This document shows positions 1 through 9,896 of a stretch of DNA of 64,000 nt, one piece after another. Numbering within the stretch: the stretch's first letter is position 1; the number at the start of each line of letters is the position of its first letter. The stretch covers positions 50,406,001 through 50,470,000 of the forward strand of contig NC_043010.1 in NCBI RefSeq assembly GCF_006345805.1, read 5' to 3'. This DNA comes from Octopus sinensis (lineage: Eukaryota). The notes under the pieces were generated by a model. It had not been told where the DNA came from and searched no databases. It was given only the letters and a program-made list of their open reading frames with translations. A program made the translations under genes and the position numbers.

Positions 1-14
1 CATATATATATATA

Positions 15-45
<31 letters not shown>

Positions 46-106
46 GCTGTGTTTATGTGTATACGCACACACGAATGAGTGGACAAACGAAAGAAAAGTG
101 CACTCA

Positions 107-183
<77 letters not shown>

Positions 184-310
184 TTGCGTACATAAGTTAT
201 AAAGTGACTGATACAAGTCACTTCGTAACATTTGACAAATGTGTGTATACATACATACATACATACATGCATACATATATACTAACATCTGTGTGTGTAT
301 GCACGTATAT

Positions 311-727
311 TCTTTTATTCTTTTGTTTCAGTCATTTAACTTCGGCCATGCTGGAGCACTGCCTTTAGTCGAGCAAATCGACCCTAGGACTTATTTTTTG
401 TAAGCCTAGTACTTATTCTATTGGTATCTTTTTGCCGAACCACTAAGTAATGGGGACGTAAACACACCAGCATCGGTTGTCCAGCGATGTTGGGGTGAGA
501 AGCACAGATACGCATACACATGCACACACACACATACACACACACACGCACATATACATGTATACGACAGGCTTCTTTCAGTTTCCGTCAACCAAATCCA
601 CTCCCAAGGTTTTGGTCAGCCCGAGGCTATAGTAGAAGACACTTGCCCAAGGTGCCACGCAGTGGGACTGAACCTGGAACCATGTGGTTGGTAAGCAAGC
701 AACTTACCACACAGCCACCCCTACGCT
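311..727 (-). mobile_element. tRNA-derived CORE-type SINE (family A, octopus OR2-like)
   Basis: Reverse complement has a tRNA-like head (TGGCTGTGTGG A box, GGTTCAGTCCC B box), CORE-like ACCTTGGGCAAGTGTCTTCTACTATAGCCTC, an internal (TA)/(TG) tract and tail GCTCCAGCATGGCC...GACTGAAACAA; about 19 homologous copies in the window. Confidence 0.9.
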
Positions 728-782
728 TATACTTAGGATTATTTTCATGTTTTGAATTCTTTTTTCCTATTTTTATTGCTAA

Positions 783-1164
<382 letters not shown>

Positions 1165-1175
1165 ACACACACAAA

Positions 1176-1438
1176 AGCCCACGTAATTTTAATATATTCT
1201 CCCAAAACGTCTGAGGAACTTGCACAAAGTAGATGTAGGGTTTTTAAATCAAAGCGGACCTCTTCCTGCCGAGAGTCCCAGATGAGCCTACCTCACGGCA
1301 AGAGGTGCGAATGAGAGTAGCTATATCAAACTCCATTTTTCATCAAGTGCCACATATTAGAGGAGGCTCCTAGTTATAACAGTGTAGCGCAAAACGGCGG
1401 TGCATCAGCATGGTCGCAGCTCTGAGCTGAAATAAAAT
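1176..1438 (+). mobile_element. CR1/L2-like LINE 3' end fragment
   Basis: Aligns by eye with 15140-15420 (CCCAGATGAGCCTACCTCACGGCAAGAGGTGC vs CCCAGATGAACCAACTTCACGGCAGGAGGTGC) and ends in the same GGCGGTGC..CAGCATGG..GAGCTGAAA-AATA tail. Confidence 0.8.
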
Positions 1439-1451
1439 ATATATATATATA

Positions 1452-1490
<39 letters not shown>

Positions 1491-1720
1491 ATATATATAT
1501 ATATTTAGTATAATTGGTGATCTAAACGAAGAGATACGCTGGGTAAGTGCTGTAACGGATTTTAAGGGTTCCAAGCTCGTAATTAAGACGGGAGCTATGG
1601 ATCCATTATAGGTTTCCGATTTAGCAGATATATATATTTGTGAAAGGACAACAAACACCGAGGCATAACAAGCATCTCAAGTCATATACATTATTTCATA
1701 TTATTCTTAAATTAGATGTG

Positions 1721-1796
1721 GCCTTACAGCTGTTTCTTGGATATCCCAAGTGATAAGCGAGTATGCCTGAATATGGGGTATTCCATCATTAGAGAC
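1721..1796 (-). ncRNA. type I hammerhead ribozyme motif (PLE-associated, core variant CUAAUGA)
   Basis: Minus strand GTCT-CTAATGA-T-GGAATACCCCA...TGGGATATCC-AA-GAAA-CAGCTGTA-AGGC: stem I GTCT/AGGC, long stem II, palindromic stem III ACAGCTGT. Confidence 0.65.
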
Positions 1797-1967
1797 AAGT
1801 ACCGAACATATGAAAGATCTAGACACGGAAATATTCAGATAAAAGATCTAGTCATGGAAAATTCGCTTACTATCTGCGAATTTTCCATGTTTAGATATTT
1901 TATCTGAATATTTCCGTGTCTAGATCTTTCATATGTTCTCTACCTGTCTCTGATGACGGAGTACCCC
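1775..1967. repeat. inverted repeat, about 92-bp arms with 9-nt loop (PLE inverted terminal repeat)
   Basis: GGGGTATTCC...GAAAATTCGC / TTACTATCT / GCGAATTTTC...GGAGTACCCC. Confidence 0.9.
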
Positions 1968-2383
1968 AGGCGCGGGAGTAGCTGTGTGGTAAGTAGCTTG
2001 CTTACCAACCACATGCTTCTGGGTTCAGTCCCACTGCGTGGAACCTTGGGCAAGTGTCTTCTACTATAGTCTCGGGCCGACCAAAGCCTTGTGAGTGGAT
2101 TTGGTAGATGGAAACTGAAAGAAAACCGTCGTATATATGTATATATACATATTCACACACACACACACATATATATATATATGTGTGTGTGTGTTTGTCC
2201 CCCTCAACATCGCTTGGCAACCGATAGTGGTGTGCTTACGCCCCCGTAACTTAGCGATTCAGCCAAAGAGACCGATAGAATAAGTACTAGGCTTACAAAG
2301 AATAAGTCCTGGGATCTATTGGCTCGACTAAAGGCGGTACTCCAGCATGGCCGCTGTCAAATGACTGAAACAAGTAAAAGAGT
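1968..2383 (+). mobile_element. SINE family A, full length
   Basis: AGGCGCGGGAGTAGCTGTGTGG head through CAAGTAAAAGAG tail. Confidence 0.92.
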
Positions 2384-2415
2384 ATATGACTTGAGATACT
2401 TGTTATGCTTTAGAT

Positions 2416-3344
2416 TCCTGGGAAGAAAGCAGTGGATGTATACAAAAACAAGGACGGAAGAAACGGACAATGTTGCACAAATATAAATACAATAATAATG
2501 ATAACAGGACATAACAACAGGTGTCTTTCGACTAAGGACGAATTGAATTAAGCTAGCGCGTGTGGAAATGAAGCCTTACGGCAGAGAATCATTGATTTCA
2601 CAATCACAGGGAAGAATATCGATGTTGCACGAACAGCGGTCAGATCAAGAAAGAAAGAACAGGCTTGGCCGATGCGGTCGCGCGGGAATAGAAGAAAGTG
2701 AAGTAGAAGCAGAGGAACAGAAGAATTAAGGAGTGGCAAGAAAAAATGACAGGGACACAGTGAATTGAAAAGTGGAGGGAAAGTGGGTAAGAAGAGAAGG
2801 CAAAGAAATGTGAGAGAGGGGAAACGAAAGAACGAAGAATGGAATGAACGAATAAGCATGAAAGGGTTGATAGACAGAAATAGAGTTGCACAAGATTTAG
2901 AAAAATGTGTACTTACATTTAAGAGACCGAAGTGTACGTACGTCGCTATATATATAAAATACAAAATGGGACAAGAACGCAAAACATCCGGACAGCTAGG
3001 TGATGCAAAAAGAGACAACAAAATTTTCAGATAGACAACGCAAAAAAAAAAGCACGGGTCATTCGAAGTTTTCTTTCCTCAGTCAAGTACCAGACTATCC
3101 TCACAATTTCGGCTGATTATTCTTGAGATTGCTCCAGTCTAGCCAGCCCCAAGGAAAAACTAAGCTAAGAGTATTAGCTTCCTGGGAAGAAAGCAGCGAA
3201 TGTATACAATAGCAAGAACGGAAAAAACGGACAATGTTACACAAATATAAATACAATAATAATAATAGCAGGACATAACAGGTGTCTTTCGACTAAGGAC
3301 GAATTGAATTAAGCTGGCGCGTGAGGAAAGGAAGCCTTACGGCA
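2416..3344 (-). mobile_element. non-coding PLE-like element in partial tandem (764-bp period)
   Basis: Direct repeat 2416-2583 vs 3180-3344; a homologous circularly permuted copy lies at 47356-48170 on the opposite strand. Confidence 0.6.
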
Positions 3345-3349
3345 ATACA

Positions 3350-3426
<77 letters not shown>

Positions 3427-3568
3427 AATCCTCCTCCTTTCTTTCCTTTCCTGAGCATCCAATAACACTATACTTGTTCCACGTCCTCGCGTTGTTGCGT
3501 TTTCCCTTTGTATTTTCATGTTTGGATTAACTTTATATATATATATATATATAATATATATATATATA

Positions 3569-3768
3569 TGTTTGTGTGTCTGTGTTTGTCCTCCACCATC
3601 GCTTGACAACCGATGCTGGTGTGTTTACATCCCCGTAACTTAGCGGTTTGGCAAAAGAGACCGATAGAATAAGTGCTAGGCTGACAAAGAATAAATCTTG
3701 GGAGCGATTTGTTCGACTAAAGGCGGTGCTCCAGCATGGCTGCAATCAAATGACTGAAATAAAAGAGT
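3569..3768 (+). mobile_element. SINE family A, 3' half
   Basis: TGTTTGTGTGTCTGTGTTTGTCC...GACTGAAATAAAAGAG. Confidence 0.9.
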
Positions 3769-3788
3769 ATACATACATACATACGTAC

Positions 3789-4175
3789 ATGATGGCTGTC
3801 CTCTCGTTATCGAGTATGGCCATTGCACGAAGCTTAACTGTTACTGGTGCTGTGATCGAATGTGACTTTTTAGCCCAGCTAAAGATCTACAATGTCTTGT
3901 ACAGAATTGGCAACTAAAACCTTTACTGGTAATAGTCGGCTGTAATTGTAACTGGGCTTCATGTACCTTTGCATGTCGTTTAAGTCCTCCTGCCGAATTA
4001 CACTCTCTTCCACATGCCTGATAGATATGATTAGTATGGTGTGTTACACCACCACAAGGGGCCAGGTTGTCACTCATCCATCTGTCTCGTTTTATGACCA
4101 CGAAGATGACTCACGAGTCCAGCTTTACTGAAGCAGGGTCTTGCACAGATATTGCATGTCAGAATCAAAGGAAGA
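3789..4175 (-). mobile_element. RTE-clade LINE 3' end encoding three CCHH zinc fingers
   Basis: CNICARPCFSKAGLVSHLRGH, ACGRECNSAGGLKRHAKVH and CQFCTRHCRSLAGLKSHIRSQH, followed by RTE-like 3' end GGCCATACTCGATAACGAGAGGACAGCCATCAT and a (GTAT)n tail. Confidence 0.65.
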
Positions 4176-4370
4176 CATACATACATACATACATACAGAC
4201 ATACATACATACATACATACATACATACATACATACATACATGCATGCATACATACATACATACATACATACATACGTACGTACGTACGTACATACATAC
4301 ATACATACATACATACATACGCACATACATGCATACATACATACATGATATGTGTTGAGTAACTACTTTT

Positions 4371-5601
4371 GGTGCTAGTATAGGATGCGGTCTACCACTT
4401 TGTTAAACAGTATAGCCAGGGTTATCTACCTTAAAAGTTCAGTTAAAAGAAGCCAATTTTTCCATTATACGGACAATAACAATAAATTAAACTGCAAGTT
4501 GAGCCTAAGTGAGATTTTAGAACTAATATTTTTCTTTGTCATGGATATACCCATGACCACTGCAGTGACTCTAACAGGAACATCTAAAAATACAATAACT
4601 GACTGGTACAATATGTGCCGCGAGGTGTGTGGAGCCATAGTTTAATAGTTTACCATGAACGACGAGGGAAGATGGTTGGAACAAACAATAACCCCATTCA
4701 GATCGACGAAGCAAGATTTGCTGGTCGACGAAAATACAATTGAGGAAGAATGCTGAATGGTGACAACGCTCCTCTCTTTGAAGACAGTGATGCAGAACAA
4801 CGAAACAACAGGAACCATGGACGTAGAATTGATCGGCCATGGGCTTTTGGTCTCAAACAAGGCTCAGACTATCGATACTTTTTTGCGAAACGGCGTGACT
4901 GGAACAGTCTAATCCTAATTATTGAAAGAGATTGTGAAAAAGGTTATGTAATACCTTCAGGTGAGTGGCCCACTTATAATAACTTAAATGCCATAGGTTA
5001 TCACCACCTGGCAGTGAACCATCAACGACATTATGTAGATCCAGTGACCGGAGCACACACTCAGGCCTTTGGGTGATCATGGTTAGATGCTAAAACTATG
5101 ATTCTGGAAAAAATGATCTCTGAAATATCTGGAAATAGCATGCCGGGTGAAATGCGTAGCCGTATTTCGTCTGCTGTTATGTTCTGAGTTCAAATTCCGC
5201 CGATGTCGACTTTGCCTTTCATCCTTTCGGGGTCGATTAAATAAGTACCAGTTACACACTGAGGTCGATATAATCGACTTAATCCGTTTGTCTGCCCTTG
5301 TTTGTCCACTCTGTGTTTAGCCCCTTGTAGGTAGTAAAGAAATACGTATTTCGTCTGTCGTTACGTTCCGAGTTCAAATTCCGCCGAGGTCGACTTTGCT
5401 TTTCATCCTCTCGGGGTCGATAAATTAAGTACCAGTTACGCACTGGGGTCGATATAATCGACTTAATCCCTTTGTCCTTGTTTGTCCCCTCTGTGTTTAG
5501 CCCCTTGTGGGTAGTAAAGAAATAAATATCTGGAAATATCTGAAAGATAAGGTAGATAATCCTGTTTGACACCGTGGTAGTTCGCATATTATACTAGTAC
5601 C
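4371..5601 (+). mobile_element. Merlin (IS1016/IS1595-like) DNA transposon, defective
   Basis: 28-bp imperfect TIRs GGTGCTAGTATAGGATGCGGTCTACCAC (4371-4398) and GTGGTAGTTCGCATATTATACTAGTACC (5574-5601); 8-bp TSD CTACTTTT/CAACTTTT; transposase motifs DWYNMCRE, QIDE..RRKYNxGR, PWAFG and VNH..YVDPVTGAHTQ interrupted by stops. Confidence 0.9.
5138..5523 (+). mobile_element. SINE family B (Meta-domain-like), partial tandem dimer
   Basis: Two consecutive units with GAGTTCAAATTCCGCCGA.GTCGACTTTGC.TTTCATCCT.TCGGGGTCGA; flanked by 15-bp TSD AAATATCTGGAAATA (5123-5137, 5524-5538). Confidence 0.9.
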
Positions 5602-5709
5602 CAACTTTTACCCTCTAATTACTTACGAATATTTATACACACAATTCCCAAACATACATACGCTTGCACGTAATTGTTAAAATTTGAATTTCATTTCTAT
5701 AAATACGTG

Positions 5710-7112
5710 ATTACCTCCGCCTTAGCAAAGGCGGGGGTATTGTTTTCAGGCGCATTTGTTTGTTTGTTGGTTCGTTTGTCCGTGAACAAGATATCTCAAG
5801 AACTACAGGATGAATTCGGACGAAAATTTCAGGAATGTTTGACCTCATGACTGGCACGAACTGATTAGATTTCGGGATCGATCCCGTACTTGACAAGGAT
5901 TCTGGATTATCTTTCCGGATTTTTTACTTAATTTTTGAGAGCAATCGGGTTCATCTTTAGTATTCTCGCTTGTGAGAACAGTCGAGTTTATTTCAGACTA
6001 GCAGTATCGCCCGGCGTTGCTCGGGTTTGTAAGGGAAATAACTATATAAGCATTTTTAGAGAGTTATAGCCAAACAATAGCAAAAAATGCATTAAAAATG
6101 GAAAAAAAATTATGGTAAATTTTTTTTAAATCGTAGATTCTTCGTAGACGCGCGCTAATACCCAGAAGGGCTCGATATGAATCACGACTATAAGATACCC
6201 GCTTTTGGTTAAACTGCACCGCAAAATGTGGGAGTAGTTAGGAATCTAAATCGTAGGAGACAGACACACAACTTGACTTTTATATATAAACTAGCAGTAT
6301 CGCCCGGCGTTGCTCGGGTTTGTAAGGGAAATAACTATAAAGCATTTTTAGAGATTTATAGCCAAAAAATAGCAAAAAAATGGAAAAAAAATGATGGTAA
6401 ATTTTTTTTTAAATCGTTCACGCATCGTAGACATTTTTAGAGAGTTACTTCCCTTATATAATAGCGAAAAATGCATTAAAATGGAAAAAAATGATGGTAA
6501 ATTATTTTTAAAATCGTAGACTCATCGTAGAAGGACTCGATATGAATCACAACTATAAGATATCCGGTTTTGGTTAAAATGCTCCGCAAAATGTGGCAGT
6601 AGTTAGGAATCTAAATCGTAGGAGACAGACACACAACTTGACTTTTATATATAAACTAGCAGTATCGCCCGGCGTTGCTCGGGTTTGTAAGGGAAATAAC
6701 TATAAAGCATTTTTAGAGATTTATAGCCAAAAAATAGCAAAAAAATGGAAAAAAAATGATGGTAAATTTTTTTTAAATCGTTCACGCATCGTAGACATTT
6801 TTAGAGAGTTACTTCCCTTATATAATAGCGAAAAATGCATTAAAATGGAAAAAAATGATGGTAAATTATTTTTAAAATCGTAGACTCATCGTAGAAGGAC
6901 TCGATATGAATCACAACTATAAGATATCCGTTTTTGGTTAAAATGCTCCGCAAAATGTGGCAGTAGTTAGGAATCTAAATCGTAGGAGACAGACACACAA
7001 CTTGACTTTTATATATAAAGATATTCTCATTTTTAAAATTATCTCTGGCTAATCGTCGAGAGGACGTTGGTGTTGCCTTGGCGGAGGTTTGCGCTCTCTG
7101 AGTGCTCTTGTT
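5710..7112 (+). mobile_element. Helentron-associated non-autonomous element (HINE/DINE-like), split by a Helitron insertion
   Basis: Subterminal inverted repeat ACCTCCGCC (5713-5721) / GGCGGAGGT (7080-7088), (TTTG)n near the 5' end and 3' stem-loop GCGCTC-TCT-GAGTGC. Confidence 0.7.
5998..7021 (-). mobile_element. three head-to-tail non-autonomous Helitron units (5998-6290, 6291-6655, 6656-7021)
   Basis: Minus strand starts TCTTTATATATA and ends CCCGAGCAACGCCGGG hairpin + CTAG; inserted between A and T; single copies at 16241 and 27519. Confidence 0.85.
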
Positions 7113-7472
7113 TATATTTTATTTTATTTTTCTTTATTTTTTAATTTTTTTTAATGAAACAAATTGCAGGTTCAAGCTAACATCATCAATGAATATCTTT
7201 TATTATAACCAGTTACGATAGAATCCTGGTCGATGCTTAGATTTGCTGTGAATTTACATTCCCCACCCTCTCATTTTCACTGAGGTATTGTTTTAAACAT
7301 TAGAAAGAGAAGGGGCGAAGATCAGAATGCAAGCTGTCACACTGCCTATTAATCCAAATGTTCTTAATGGAAATATTTTTTTTTAAAAAAGAAAAATTGT
7401 TTAATGTAATTTGCATAAGCAAGAGTTATGTCCCTTACAATGTTAAGCAGAAGAATGTTTTCAAGCTAAGTC

Positions 7473-7625
7473 GGCGAGTTGGCAGAATCATTAGCAAGCC
7501 GGACAAAATGATTAACAGCATTTCGTCTGACTTCACGTACCAAGTTCAAATTCCATCGAGGTCGACTTCATCTTTCATCCTTTCGGGTTCGATTAAATAA
7601 ATACCAGTTTAATACTGAGGTTGTT
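7473..7625 (+). mobile_element. SINE family B variant, partial
   Basis: GGCGAGTTGGCAGAATCATTAGC head and GTCGACTTCATCTTTCATCCTTTCGG core. Confidence 0.8.
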
Positions 7626-7633
7626 GCTAGAGG

Positions 7634-9161
7634 GGATCTTTTCGGTTTGAACGGCAGTTTTTTTCTAGCGGTGTCATATGAAATTATCACCCATAATTAT
7701 GACCCTAGTATCGATCTATTGCATTTCAATCTGTTTTAGGGTTAGTTAAGGTTAGGGTTAGGGTTACGGTTACGGTTACGGTTAGGGGTGGGGGAAGGGT
7801 ATCTTTTTTTTTCTTCACAAATGTAGATAAACCCAATCTATTTCTTAAACGAGGGACATATTCATACGGCACAGAATGTTTTTTACCTCAATAGACGTCA
7901 GTGATTGGTTGAAATTGCAGAAATCGAAGAGAAAAACAGCAACAAATATCTTACAAACTATAGAATTTTCCCAATAAAGCCAAGAGAAAAAGACGTTTTA
8001 TAAACACATTCTATCAGTATACGAAGTTTAAAATTTTTTAGTTACCTAGAAATTATGTTAAAAACTGCCATTCAAACCGAAAAGATCCCAATGTTTTGTT
8101 TGTTTTTTTCTTTTTTATATAAGTAAGTCCCAAGTAAGGCAAGATGCTATTTAGTGAAAAAGACTATGAAGAAGGAGAAATTAAGACGAAAGGAATGAAT
8201 TTATGTTAGGCCTGAAAGAGCTCATGTCATACAAAGGAGGAAAACATTGAGATGAAAAACAATTCCAAAGTCTGACAGTTTGAGGGAAAAAGCTACAACA
8301 AATATCTTACAAACTATAGAATTTTCTCAATAAAGCCAAGAGAAAAAGATGTTTTATAAACACATTCTACCAGTATACGAAGTTTAAAATTTTTTTAGTT
8401 ACCTAGAAATTATGTTAAAAACTGCCGTTCAAACCGAAAAGATCCCAATGTTTTGTTTGTTTTTTTTCTTTTTTATATAAGTAAGTCCCAGTAAGGCAAG
8501 ATGCTATTTAGTGAAAAAGACTATGAAGAAGGAGAATTAAGACGAAAGGAATGAATTTATGTTAGGCAGGCCTGAAAGAGCTCATGTCATACAAAGGAGG
8601 AAAACATTGAGATGAAAAACAATTCCAAGTCTGACAGTTTGAGGGAAAAAGCTACAACAAATATCTTACAAACTATAGAATTTTCTCAATAAAGCCAAGA
8701 AAAAGATGTTTTATAAACACATTCTACCATAGTATACGAAGTTAAAAATTTTTTTAGTTACCTAGAAATTATGTTAAAAACTGCCGTTCAAACCGAAAAG
8801 ATCCCAATGTTTTGTTTGTTTTTTTTCTTTTTTATATAAGTAAGTCCCAAGTAAGGCAAGATGCTATTTAGTGAAAAAGACTATGAAGAAGGAGAAATTA
8901 AGACGAAAGGAATGAATTTATGTTAGGCCTGAAAGAGCTCATGTCATACAAAGGAGGAAAACATTGAGATGAAAAACAATTCCAAAGTCTGACAGTTTGA
9001 GGGAAAAAGCTACAACAAATATCTTACAAACTATAGAATTTTCCCAATAAAGCCAAGAGAAAAAGACGTTTTATAAACACATTCTACCAGTATACGAAGT
9101 TTAAAATTTTTTAGTTACCTAGAAATTATGTTAAAAACTGCCGTTCAAACCGAAAAGATCC
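7634..9161. mobile_element. composite MITE (28-bp TIR, 8-bp TSD, Merlin-like ends) with three extra tandem units of about 358 bp
   Basis: Left TIR GGATCTTTTCGGTTTGAACGGCAGTTTT; right TIR copies end at 8088, 8445, 8804 and 9161; TSD GCTAGAGG (7626-7633) / GCGAGAGG (9162-9169); simple copy at 31001-31440. Confidence 0.85.
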
Positions 9162-9244
9162 GCGAGAGGTATATAAGAAAAAGGATTATAACTCCATTCA
9201 TATCTTAGGCTTTATATATTTACTTCTTTCTTCTATTCTTTGAC

Positions 9245-9394
9245 CTTTGCTTGTTTCAGTCATTAGATTGCGTACCTATTACTTATATATTTTAAAGCCT
9301 GATAGGTATTTCGTTGTCTTTGCTGAACTGCTAAGTTACGGTGACGCAAACACACCAACGGTGGTTGGCGAGCGGTGGTGGTGGTGGATAAACA
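9245..9394 (-). mobile_element. SINE family A, degraded 3' part
   Basis: CTTGTTTCAGTCATTAGATTGCG...GCTAAGTTACGGTGACG. Confidence 0.7.
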
Positions 9395-9526
9395 TAGATT
9401 CACTTCAACGTTTAAATTTAATTTGTGTCAAAATATTTTCGTCGCTTTGAAACTGCGATAGGTCGCGGTTTCAAAACGACGAAAATATTTTGACACAAAT
9501 TAAATTTAAACGTGGAAGTGAATCTA
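9395..9526. repeat. 132-bp near-perfect palindrome with 4-nt loop (PLE-type inversion)
   Basis: TAGATTCACTTC...GAAACTGCGA / TAGG / TCGCGGTTTC...GAAGTGAATCTA. Confidence 0.9.
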
Positions 9527-9655
9527 ACGGGGTTTTTTTACGTTCTTAAATGGCTTACAAACATCATCCAGGCTGCAATTGTTTTTGTTTCAGTACACGA
9601 TCTCAGATCAAGTCACTTGCTATGCAAGTACTTCTCCATAATATATACACACACA

Positions 9656-9737
<82 letters not shown>

Positions 9738-9835
9738 GAGAGGAGAGAGAGAGAGAGAGAGAGAGAGTGTGTGTGTGGCCGCGTGTGTTACCGTTGCTGT
9801 GTTTTTTGTGCTTCATGTTGGATTAACTTTAACTA

Positions 9836-9895
<60 letters not shown>

Positions 9896-9896
9896 G

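Noticed and set aside
3841-4175. Host C2H2 zinc-finger gene
   Set aside because: No TGEKP linkers, the frames are broken, and it ends in an RTE-like 3' end with a microsatellite tail.
7736-7795. True or interstitial telomere
   Set aside because: Only a few degenerate units, and they are internal to a MITE that is repeated at 31001.
8089-9161. CRISPR-like repeat-spacer array
   Set aside because: Spacers are identical copies, the unit is about 358 bp, the context is eukaryotic and there are no cas genes.
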